From positions 1 through 64,000 of IMG/VR virus record IMGVR_UViG_3300019703_000001: 64,000 nt of DNA. The stretch is one strand, 5' to 3'. The notes under the pieces are model-generated. The model had not been told where the DNA came from. It saw nothing but the letters and a program-made list of their open reading frames with translations, and did not search any database. The stretch is from a virus (Duplodnaviria; Caudoviricetes). Shown one piece after another: positions 56,410 through 64,000 of the stretch. Within the stretch, counting starts at the first letter, position 1. The number at the start of each line of letters is the position of its first letter. The translations under genes were made by a program, and so were the position numbers.

Positions 56410-56643
56410 ATGGCAACAAAAACAGATGAAAAGGGACACGCCGCTTGCACTTTTTGCAGGGGATTCCTTGAATATTTCGACCGTATAGAGTCAGGTAAAA
56501 AATATTATTATTGTTTTCACAATTGTTCAGGATCAGGATGCGGCGGTTTTTCTTTTTCGATAAAACACGCCGATGAAAATGTTCTACACAAACGCATTAA
56601 AGTAGATTGGGACAAGATGCATACTGAATACTTAAAATCTTAA
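56410..56643 (+). CDS. hypothetical Zn-finger protein
   Basis: CTFC...CFHNCSGSGC. Confidence 0.6.
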   Translation: MATKTDEKGHAACTFCRGFLEYFDRIESGKKYYYCFHNCSGSGCGGFSFSIKHADENVLHKRIKVDWDKMHTEYLKS

Positions 56644-58070
56644 ACCCGCTTAGCATTTCCAAAAATAGCCTTATAATCAGTGCTGTTTTTGTCAACAGGG
56701 ATAGGAAGTTGTGGATTGTTTAACCATTCTTCCTTTTTCTGTTTATATTGCTGAGGCTCCACTGCTTCATAAATATTGTTATTATATCTCACAAGGCCCG
56801 ACTCCAAATAAACCGGTTTACGGTCCTCGACTTCCTGCGGTGATTTAAAGCTATAATCAACCTGCTGAGGGATGTATTTTTCTTTTTTCTGCCTTTCTTC
56901 AACCCGGTCAGTTTTTGGATTATACACCTGAGTTTCTAAATTTATGGGGGATAGTGTGGCGACATTGTAGGGATGTGCCGGAGTACACACCCGCCATTCG
57001 TGAACATTTTTTGTTTCCTTAAATCCTATATTATTCTTGCCGGGCCATACGGCTATATCGGTGTTGGGATCTTTTATCCCCATGCTTTTCAGACTGTCCC
57101 TTGTTGTGTCCGTAACTATTTCAGCCGGGACTAACCGAACCAAAGATCCCTGATGAGCCAAGCACCATTTACACGAACCGCCTGTAAATACAAAATACTG
57201 AGCTCTTGAGGGATCTTTCAGGCTTTCCATAGCCTCATCGATATAACCAGATAATAAACCGGCCTCATAAACACTTGCTGTTTCAGTTGTGGATATTCTA
57301 TACCAATTTTTCCGTAATGCCTCAGAGGTATATTTATTGACTAAATTTTGATTCTTTTGAACTTCCCAGTATAAATCACTCGCTATTTGAACACTTGTTT
57401 TGTTGTTATCAATGCCGGTTTGGATCTGCTGCCTTATAGCTTCTTTAATCTCATTATTTGTTTTAGTAACCTCTGTGGCTATGTTTGAAAATGAAGTATT
57501 TAAAGCTCTTTTTTCTGCGGTCTTGAAGTCATACTGTTTATATACCTGACTGAGAGACTCGGGCATTTTGCCGCCGTATTGATCGAACTCCACTTGATAC
57601 AATGATTTGTTCTTGTAGGGCTTCTTTTCCCGTCTGTAATCAGTCGTCTCTTTGCCTAAAAAGAACCCCTTGACCGCCATGTCTTCTGTAATTTTTTCAG
57701 TGTTTTTCTTCCAATAATCGTCAATTGTTTTATTGAATTTATCCCACTGCTTAGGGGTTAATGGTTCACCTTTATTATATAGTTTCTTTTCAATTCTAAA
57801 CTTTGGAATTTTATAATTAAATACTTTTTTAAACTTATCAAAGACGCTTGAAAAAAAGTCTGCTTTCTCTAATTTTCCGGGTTTATTTTTAGCCAGCCGG
57901 TAAGCTTCTTTTGAGGTCAGCCCTAAGTTTATACCTATGCCCACATATATCTCGTTAATGAGTGCGAACATGTAGGCGTCCCAAAACTCGTTTAATTCCC
58001 TGATATATTTGACGTCCTGAACTTCGCCTTTTTGGTGTTTTTCTTCAAATTCTTTGTCTATTGTAGCCAT
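56640..58070 (-). CDS. MuF/SPP1 gp7-like minor head protein
   Basis: IRQQIQTGI...WYRISTTETA...CKWC...PAHPY. Confidence 0.75.
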   Translation of the reverse strand: MATIDKEFEEKHQKGEVQDVKYIRELNEFWDAYMFALINEIYVGIGINLGLTSKEAYRLAKNKPGKLEKADFFSSVFDKFKKVFNYKIPKFRIEKKLYNKGEPLTPKQWDKFNKTIDDYWKKNTEKITEDMAVKGFFLGKETTDYRREKKPYKNKSLYQVEFDQYGGKMPESLSQVYKQYDFKTAEKRALNTSFSNIATEVTKTNNEIKEAIRQQIQTGIDNNKTSVQIASDLYWEVQKNQNLVNKYTSEALRKNWYRISTTETASVYEAGLLSGYIDEAMESLKDPSRAQYFVFTGGSCKWCLAHQGSLVRLVPAEIVTDTTRDSLKSMGIKDPNTDIAVWPGKNNIGFKETKNVHEWRVCTPAHPYNVATLSPINLETQVYNPKTDRVEERQKKEKYIPQQVDYSFKSPQEVEDRKPVYLESGLVRYNNNIYEAVEPQQYKQKKEEWLNNPQLPIPVDKNSTDYKAIFGNAKRV

Positions 58071-58076
58071 GAGATT

Positions 58077-58105
58077 ACTTTAAAAAAGTGAAAAAAATTT
58101 GTCAA
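58077..58105 (-). promoter_or_regulatory. leftward promoter, probably giving leaderless mRNA
   Basis: TTGACA-17-TAAAGT, 6 nt before ATG. Confidence 0.7.
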
Positions 58106-58129
58106 ATACAAAAAAAATGCAGAAAAGAC

Positions 58130-58158
58130 TTGACAAAGATAAGATAAGTTTGTATATT
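58130..58158 (+). promoter_or_regulatory. cassette promoter 5
   Basis: TTGACA-aagataagataagtttg(17)-TATATT. Confidence 0.88.
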
Positions 58159-58194
58159 GTATGTATAACTAAAACAAATTAAAGGAGACTTGCT

Positions 58195-58398
58195 ATGGCT
58201 TTACTAACAGTAAAATGCGATTCTTGTGAAACAGGAACCATTGTTTTAAGAGCGAAAGATATTTCTTTCAAAGAAGAAGAACAAACATACATTTCTACCT
58301 ATGAATGCCTATGTGATACCTGTGGGAAATCAAAAGAGGATTATGTACTAAAACAAAAAATGCAAAAAATACAAGTTAAAAAGGAGAATAACCCATGA
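58195..58398 (+). CDS. Zn-ribbon protein
   Basis: CDSC...CDTC. Confidence 0.7.
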   Translation: MALLTVKCDSCETGTIVLRAKDISFKEEEQTYISTYECLCDTCGKSKEDYVLKQKMQKIQVKKENNP

Positions 58399-58667
58399 GC
58401 AATAATAATTTAATAATTGAAATTGACGGAAAAGAAAAACGTGTAAACCCTATGTTGCAAAGGGTTATAACAGAACCGGTCCCACTAAATAGCGGAGACT
58501 ACAACTCTATCGCTGTTAAATTTGATTATTTTGGCAATCCGGAAATTTTGAACGGCTGCGATATAGATAAAAATATATTAAAATTAAGTGAAGAAAATAA
58601 ACTCAAAGTCGCTGAGTTTATGACCCAAAGATGGTCTGAGTATGCAAATAAATTAAAAGGAGAGTGA
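58395..58667 (+). CDS. hypothetical protein
   Basis: Coupled ORF with AGGAG SD. Confidence 0.65.
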   Translation: MSNNNLIIEIDGKEKRVNPMLQRVITEPVPLNSGDYNSIAVKFDYFGNPEILNGCDIDKNILKLSEENKLKVAEFMTQRWSEYANKLKGE

Positions 58668-58671
58668 TATT

Positions 58672-58992
58672 ATGGACAATTTCGCAACTGCAACAGTAGA
58701 GGGATTTGTGGCCTTCTATGATGAGGAAGTAAGAACCACAAAAACAGATAAGAAGATTTTTAATTTCACCCTGATCGTAGAACACCGACCGGGTGAAGGA
58801 ATGCCGCCCCAAACGTCTTACATTGATATTGAGGCATGGGAAAAGCTGGCTGAAATAGCCTATGAGAGGATCAGAGAAAAAATGCCCCTTATGGTTATAG
58901 GCCGATTAACACAGGAAAGGTGGGAGGATAAACATGGCGAACCCTGCCAAAGGATTAAAGTAATTGCCCATGACATAAGACTCAAAAAATAA
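58672..58992 (+). CDS. ssb: single-stranded DNA-binding protein (OB fold, no acidic tail)
   Basis: FNFTL...YIDIEAWEKLAE...VIGRLTQERWEDK. Confidence 0.8.
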   Translation: MDNFATATVEGFVAFYDEEVRTTKTDKKIFNFTLIVEHRPGEGMPPQTSYIDIEAWEKLAEIAYERIREKMPLMVIGRLTQERWEDKHGEPCQRIKVIAHDIRLKK

Positions 58993-59000
58993 TCAAAAAA

Positions 59001-59027
59001 AAGCCCTTCTTAACCGGAGGGCTTTTT
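59001..59027 (+). terminator. intrinsic terminator
   Basis: aagcccttc-ttaacc-ggagggctt-ttt. Confidence 0.8.
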
Positions 59028-59036
59028 AAATTGTAC

Positions 59037-59065
59037 TTGAAAAAAATCTCTTGTTAGTGCATATT
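59037..59065 (+). promoter_or_regulatory. weaker sigma70-type promoter for the second SSB-like gene
   Basis: TTGAAA-17-CATATT with TG. Confidence 0.5.
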
Positions 59066-59087
59066 TACATTAACAGGAGTAAATAAA

Positions 59088-59417
59088 ATGAATATCTTTT
59101 CAAACATAGTTATTCAAGGATTTGCTGCAAACACTCCACAAGAACAAAATCATAATAATAAAAAATATTACACATTCTCTTTAGTCTTACGCATTCAATC
59201 TGTTTATAACAATCAATCTTATATAGATGTTGAAACATGGGACAATGATATAGTTAACGACATTCAAATAGGGTCTAAGCTATGTATAACAGGCAATGTG
59301 TCAATTGACAGCATGAAGGGACAAAGCGGGATCGAATATCAGAGAATAAAAATTGTAGCTCATTCAATAAGAAAGGCCCTCCATGTCAAAGAGGACCTTT
59401 TTACTATTCCGGTTTAA
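59088..59417 (+). CDS. second SSB-like OB-fold paralog
   Basis: IVIQG...YTFSL...YIDVETW...ITGNV...YQRIKIVA. Confidence 0.7.
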   Translation: MNIFSNIVIQGFAANTPQEQNHNNKKYYTFSLVLRIQSVYNNQSYIDVETWDNDIVNDIQIGSKLCITGNVSIDSMKGQSGIEYQRIKIVAHSIRKALHVKEDLFTIPV

Positions 59418-59423
59418 GTCATT

Positions 59424-59882
59424 TTAAAGCGGTATCGGTTTAGAGAAGGACGAAAACGCCCAACCTCCCGAACCTTTCACGGTTTCACTGTTTTGGCTGA
59501 TTGTATTTAGATTTAATACTGAGCCTATAATAACGTTATATTTTAATTTTGCCGTTCCGGCCTTTTTAACAGTCATCTTTGCTGTTAAATTTTTTAGCCC
59601 CTCAATTGCCGGGATTTTGGGTTTGTTAAAACAATAAATGTCGAATCCGGGATCGTAAGGTTTTGAGTCAAAAAAGTTAAATCTAGGTCTTATTGGTGCT
59701 GATTCAATCCCTGACACAATGCCACTGTCACAAGTGATAACCCCCTCAGTAAAAGAGAAATCGACTGTTTGAATAATTTTGATTTGACTTTCAGGCACTA
59801 CATGAACCGCAAAAAGAGACGCGGCAAACGCAGCAAAAAAGACGAAAATCAAGAGAACGATAGAAAATATTTTTATTCTCAT
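59424..59882 (-). CDS. secreted or membrane-anchored hypothetical protein
   Basis: Signal-peptide-like N-terminus MRIKIFSIVLLIFVFFAAFAASLFA. Confidence 0.6.
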   Translation of the reverse strand: MRIKIFSIVLLIFVFFAAFAASLFAVHVVPESQIKIIQTVDFSFTEGVITCDSGIVSGIESAPIRPRFNFFDSKPYDPGFDIYCFNKPKIPAIEGLKNLTAKMTVKKAGTAKLKYNVIIGSVLNLNTISQNSETVKGSGGWAFSSFSKPIPL

Positions 59883-60056
59883 TAGTACCTCCGTTTAATT
59901 GTTTTTGTTGTTATTAAATAGTCCTTATTATTTTATTATTTTGGTTGCATTTAGCTTCAAACGATTTTACAGTCATAAAAGAAACATAAATCAATAAAAC
60001 AAAAAGCACTACAAAAAAGACTCCTTTCATTAAACATCTCCATTTAATTGTTTTAA

Positions 60057-60230
60057 TTAATCTTCAACATAATCCAATATTTTAGGTATGTTCATGATAC
60101 CCTCTACCAACTCTATACTTGTTGATGTAACAATTGCGGACATATGAGGGTGACCATTTTCGTTTAAATATTTAATTAAAGGCATTGCAGCCTCTTTTAA
60201 CATATCCAAACGTTCCTGTTCTTTTGGCAT
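60057..60230 (-). CDS. 57-aa phage protein (missing from track)
   Basis: MPKEQERLDMLKEAAMPLIKYLNENGHPH...; AGGA SD. Confidence 0.7.
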   Translation of the reverse strand: MPKEQERLDMLKEAAMPLIKYLNENGHPHMSAIVTSTSIELVEGIMNIPKILDYVED

Positions 60231-60276
60231 TTACTATCCTCCATTTGGTGTGTATTATTTTGTTCTTAACAAATAC

Positions 60277-60305
60277 AAGATAAGATTAAAGGTGGTTTAT
60301 GTCAA
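60277..60305 (-). promoter_or_regulatory. sigma70-type promoter
   Basis: TTGACA-17-TATCTT; CAAGATAAGA box on the opposite strand overlaps the -10. Confidence 0.6.
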
Positions 60306-60313
60306 GAAAAAAA

Positions 60314-60574
60314 TCATTTTTTTCTAAAAATATTTCTAATTACTTCTATTTTTGAGGGCTTACAAAATACTGATGTAACATACTCGTCTGAGCGGCTTGT
60401 TAATACATAAACTTTCCTATTTTGTCTATGACATTCAGAAATTCTTTTCTCTACAATATTATCAGGTATCGCAGGGGATGGCTCCGGGATAAGCGGTTTT
60501 AAAGAATATAAAACATATCCCAGAGTGAAACAGATTACAACTATTTTGAAAAAACTTATAACTTCTTTAATCAT
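60314..60574 (-). CDS. single-TM protein
   Basis: N-terminal TM, two Cys. Confidence 0.6.
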   Translation of the reverse strand: MIKEVISFFKIVVICFTLGYVLYSLKPLIPEPSPAIPDNIVEKRISECHRQNRKVYVLTSRSDEYVTSVFCKPSKIEVIRNIFRKK

Positions 60575-60677
60575 TTTTTATTTATCCTTTTGTGGTCTTT
60601 TTTGGGATCTGAAAAATAATATGTTGAAACAAGTGCGGAGATCAAGAGAGCTATTATAATGTATAATATTAAGCTTA

Positions 60678-60914
60678 TCATTTTTCACCTCCCTTTAATT
60701 CAACCGGATCGGCTTTTATTTCAATCCCCTGTTTTGTCGTTACGGAAAATGAAAGGTTTAATATTAGCCACATCAAAAAACCGAATACAAGAATCACAGC
60801 AATAAATTTAATGGTATGATTCATTGCAGCCCATGCAACATAGGCGTACCAGCTCTGATTTACAGGCAGTTCGGGGGGCTCGATGCATTCGGTTTTTTTC
60901 TTTTTTCGTGGCAT
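60678..60914 (-). CDS. single-TM protein (lysis-associated?)
   Basis: Basic N-terminus, central TM. Confidence 0.55.
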   Translation of the reverse strand: MPRKKKKTECIEPPELPVNQSWYAYVAWAAMNHTIKFIAVILVFGFLMWLILNLSFSVTTKQGIEIKADPVELKGGEK

Positions 60915-60930
60915 ATTTTTTAATCCTTTT

Positions 60931-61245
60931 TTAACCCCTTGAAACTGTCATTGTCTGCATGGGGTTAGTTGTATTGTCATCTTCTCTGACAAATTCTCTG
61001 ACAAAAATAGGGGGTTTTTTGTCAGGAGCAAAGTTTGAGGTGGCCTTTGCGGTCCATGTAATGCCTAACCCGGCCATAGCAGAACCCAAAACGGTAGTTG
61101 TCATGGGGTGTATCTTACCTGTCCTAACATATTCAATAATGACCAATACGGTTAAAACAAAAACAACAAACATGCATAGTCTTGACCATTCAAGGCCAAT
61201 CTTCTTCCCTGTAGTTAAGGGTTTCATTTCTTCTTTGGTGTCCAT
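60931..61245 (-). CDS. putative holin (2 TM)
   Basis: Two hydrophobic helices, directly after the peptidase gene. Confidence 0.5.
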   Translation of the reverse strand: MDTKEEMKPLTTGKKIGLEWSRLCMFVVFVLTVLVIIEYVRTGKIHPMTTTVLGSAMAGLGITWTAKATSNFAPDKKPPIFVREFVREDDNTTNPMQTMTVSRG

Positions 61246-61913
61246 TCTTCTGCTCCCTTTAGTGGTTTAAAAAACAGTGCGCTTATATGATTGGGCTTTG
61301 CCTTCCGTCCGAAAATAGTTTCCTGATAACGAACCATAGCAGCCTTGACCATATTCTGTTCATAAAAAACATTATTCCCGCTGTCAATAGTTCGATTTTT
61401 GTAGTTTCGGTTAGCATCACCCCGAGGATCTAAAACCCTAAAGTGTTCATGCTCCCACCCGGCAATGTTTATAAAATGACCGCCTTTAAGTGTTGCCAAT
61501 TTATAGACATTAGTCATGACCGGCCCTTTTTGCAGTTGGATCAAAAAATCCTCCCAACTCATTTGGAGGTCAAGCTCAAATCGTCCGGGAACATTGTGGA
61601 TTTGCATTAAATGGTTTAGACCGTTTTGCAAAACAACCCACCATTGGCTCGTATAGCCCTTAACCCACGGCATTTTATTAATAATTTCAAGTGCCCATTC
61701 AGCCCTCGGATTTATTTTTATTTCAACCTGCTTCAATACCCATTCAAGCTGCTGATCATTAGACCCGTCTAATCTATCACTGTAATGGCCACCTATTGAC
61801 ATCATGGCTGTTACATTGCACTGAGCATATTCTCTGTATTTCCCTTTGAATGTAGGATTATCATCTTGCCAGTTGTATTCTGTCATATGATGATCGAATT
61901 GATTTTGATACAT
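61224..61913 (-). CDS. C39-like cysteine peptidase, putative endolysin
   Basis: QCNVTA, GGHFINIAGW, VLDPRG (Cys-His-Asp). Confidence 0.65.
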   Translation of the reverse strand: MYQNQFDHHMTEYNWQDDNPTFKGKYREYAQCNVTAMMSIGGHYSDRLDGSNDQQLEWVLKQVEIKINPRAEWALEIINKMPWVKGYTSQWWVVLQNGLNHLMQIHNVPGRFELDLQMSWEDFLIQLQKGPVMTNVYKLATLKGGHFINIAGWEHEHFRVLDPRGDANRNYKNRTIDSGNNVFYEQNMVKAAMVRYQETIFGRKAKPNHISALFFKPLKGAEEWTPKKK

Positions 61914-61930
61914 TTTTCTCTCCTTGCCTT

Positions 61931-62347
61931 TTATTTTATGGCGTCATAGGCTATTTTGGTCAAAAGTGTTATGACTATCCCCACAAACGGTTTTGCGAAG
62001 GATTTCCACATTTGCGCTTTTATTTGATTTTCCAGAGTAAACAAGGCGTTTTTCATAGAATCTATTGTCACATATTCTTTTTGAATGCCTACAACCATTC
62101 CCTCTGTTTTGTCAAATCTTCTTGACATGTCCTCTTTGTCGTCTTTTATTTCTCGCTGCAAAGTCGTTATGGAGTTTTGCATTATACCGATCCTCTCCTG
62201 GTGTTTTGCTTGATTTCCTTCTATTGATGTGATTCTGTCTTCAATTTTTTTCATGCTTGATTTAACTTCCGTTATGTCATTACGGATGAAGCCTTGATTC
62301 TCTAAGACCCGATCCATAAACATATTTAACCGTTCTGCTGATTCCAT
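61931..62347 (-). CDS. coiled-coil protein with C-terminal TM (holin-associated type)
   Basis: Heptad repeats, then FVGIVITLLT. Confidence 0.6.
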   Translation of the reverse strand: MESAERLNMFMDRVLENQGFIRNDITEVKSSMKKIEDRITSIEGNQAKHQERIGIMQNSITTLQREIKDDKEDMSRRFDKTEGMVVGIQKEYVTIDSMKNALFTLENQIKAQMWKSFAKPFVGIVITLLTKIAYDAIK

Positions 62348-62415
62348 GTCTCATCTCTCTTATCTCTTATTTTTTTTGTGTTTCTATATGTATGTGATAT
62401 ATTTGCTTCTAAAGT

Positions 62416-63264
62416 TCATCCGCGCGGCCTATAAATATAGCCATTAACTTTTACTTTAAGACGCTTAATGCCGCGAGCCGCAAGAGTTAAATTGTCCTGG
62501 ATGTGCAATTCAAATGCATCATTAGTCCGGGCCAGCAGTTCAAGAGAAATGCCCGACTTCTCAGCCCCGTTTATAGTCTTTCTGACTCTGATACCCCAGT
62601 CAGTAGCAGGGGTTTGTCTTTCCGCATAAGTTAAGTCGTACGCACTATCAGCAAGCTCTCCATTATCAATTATATTTACTTGATATTCACTCGTGGTGTC
62701 ACTTTTTACGCCGAAAAATATTCCATTGGTTAAGGGATCGCCTGCGCCGAACAACCCATCGGTAGGTTTTGAGTTTACAATAAATGTAATCAATATCCTG
62801 TTAATTCTCCAAATCAAATTATCAGGGGGAAATGTCGAAAAAACTTGTTTTATTGTTGACCCGTCCACAGCCATGTTTGTGTCAACTCTATAAGCGTAAG
62901 TGATGAAACTTGGATTTGAAATAGCGAAAGGAATGTCAATTCCTACTGTTATTGTATCATCAGTAACACTTGTAACTCGTGTTTGAAAATACCTTGGGAA
63001 GTCTGTTCCATCATCATAATGTATAACAAGAAAATCCTCAATAAAATCAGCTCTATTGGGATTTGTAAAACCGTGCCCCGGAGCAAGGTTTAATGTCCTG
63101 CTATATTGAGGCACAGGATCCAAAACGGTAAATGCGTTTTGTTCTTTATATAAATAATTTTCAACGGGAAAACCGGTCAGGTCTTCTCTTTTTGCAAAGA
63201 TTTCACCATCTTCTTTAAGTCCCGCCGGTTGGTTTCCAATTACAACAGATTTTTCATTAGTCAT
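62416..63264 (-). CDS. putative virion structural protein
   Basis: Beta-rich, coupled in a leftward operon. Confidence 0.5.
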   Translation of the reverse strand: MTNEKSVVIGNQPAGLKEDGEIFAKREDLTGFPVENYLYKEQNAFTVLDPVPQYSRTLNLAPGHGFTNPNRADFIEDFLVIHYDDGTDFPRYFQTRVTSVTDDTITVGIDIPFAISNPSFITYAYRVDTNMAVDGSTIKQVFSTFPPDNLIWRINRILITFIVNSKPTDGLFGAGDPLTNGIFFGVKSDTTSEYQVNIIDNGELADSAYDLTYAERQTPATDWGIRVRKTINGAEKSGISLELLARTNDAFELHIQDNLTLAARGIKRLKVKVNGYIYRPRG

Positions 63265-63536
63265 GAAACAACCCCCAGTAAGCCGTCATTATTAACAGGC
63301 TTAACATAAACATCCATAGCGGCATCATTATCAAATATAACCGTATCCGAAAAGACCTCTCCGCCGATATAGTTTACATCGGGAGCAGGATCGCCCGTGT
63401 CAACATATGTGACCAGATATTCTGTTGGTTCGTTATCCTGTTCAATTACATGAATTTTGCCTTTGTTTATAACATTAGACAAAACCAATGTCCAAACGTC
63501 TTTAGTTAAAACTGTAGGTGTTGGTTTTCCACTCAT
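63261..63536 (-). CDS. putative virion protein
   Basis: Coupled ORF. Confidence 0.5.
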   Translation of the reverse strand: MSGKPTPTVLTKDVWTLVLSNVINKGKIHVIEQDNEPTEYLVTYVDTGDPAPDVNYIGGEVFSDTVIFDNDAAMDVYVKPVNNDGLLGVVS

Positions 63537-63539
63537 TTT

Positions 63540-64000
63540 TTATACTCCAAAACTTGTTTTTTGTACCCTCTGGATTTGTGGAGTCGCGCTTCCTTGTTCA
63601 ACTATGATTCTTCCGACCAATATTGATGATTCTTTTATCTCATCAGGGAGGTCGGTTTCTGCTGCGCTTTCTTTTGCACTGCTTACATCTGCAAATTTAT
63701 TTGATAATTTAACAAATAGTAGTTGTTTTGATCCATCAATTACCCTGTAAATACTATTTACCACAAATTCACCGGCCCCAAGCGTGGTAAGACCGCTCGC
63801 TGATTGATACTGTAAATTATCTATTTGGGCAATTTTTGTTGTCTGCCAAACACTCGAATTATCCCTGTAATACAAATACATGTCATTGTCTACAAAGGCG
63901 GTGTCTATTGCCTCCGTAGTTGTCTCATTAACCCCATTAGACACGATTAGCTCAGACAATACAACATAGTTAACGTTTGTTGTCAGGGTGAAGGGATCAA
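63540..64000 (-). CDS. putative virion/tail protein, 5'-truncated by window edge
   Basis: Frame open to position 64000 (DPFTLTTNVNYVVLSELIV...). Confidence 0.6.
   Translation of the reverse strand, partial: DPFTLTTNVNYVVLSELIVSNGVNETTTEAIDTAFVDNDMYLYYRDNSSVWQTTKIAQIDNLQYQSASGLTTLGAGEFVVNSIYRVIDGSKQLLFVKLSNKFADVSSAKESAAETDLPDEIKESSILVGRIIVEQGSATPQIQRVQKTSFGV

Noticed and set aside
59424-59882. dUTPase (PGFDIY resembles motif 1)
   Set aside because: Other dUTPase motifs are missing and the N-terminus is a signal peptide.
1-64000. TAG-recoded genetic code
   Set aside because: Long genes are intact under code 11 and TAG ends several genes at sensible positions (e.g. 11845, 13077, 33545).
1-64000. 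tRNA or rRNA genes
   Set aside because: No cloverleaf or T-loop/CCA pattern recognised in intergenic regions; tRNAscan-SE would be decisive.

Overview
A 64-kb internal segment of a tailed dsDNA phage or prophage genome, AT-rich, host not identifiable from the sequence. (1) 1-16.4 kb, leftward: many small accessory ORFs plus a Xer-like tyrosine recombinase, SF2 and Pif1-like helicases, a nucleotidyltransferase-like protein, a Cas4-like nuclease, a DEDDh exonuclease and a split C5 DNA methyltransferase with an overprinted second subunit. (2) 16.6-18.6 kb, rightward: RHH regulator, Sak4-like ATPase, DUF669 SSB. (3) 18.7-43.9 kb, leftward: SPO1/Herelleviridae-like contractile-tail virion module from beta-propeller tail proteins to capsid, scaffold and prohead protease. 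(4) 43.8-59.4 kb: leftward head-associated genes (two polyvalent proteins, a neck-like protein, MuF) alternating with five rightward accessory cassettes, each with a near-identical sigma70-type promoter. (5) 59.4-64 kb: putative lysis cassette and further virion genes. No terminase, portal, DNA polymerase, tRNA or CRISPR array was recognised. Best leads: seven 12-6-12 dif-like dyad sites (plus one variant) bracketing single-gene cassettes alongside a resident Xer-like recombinase; a 50-nt attC-like/RNA hairpin after the first gene of four rightward cassettes; a capsid N-terminal segment copied into the prohead protease; and [ML]xKA motifs flanking polyvalent-protein domains. All family calls come from motif recognition by eye, not database searches.
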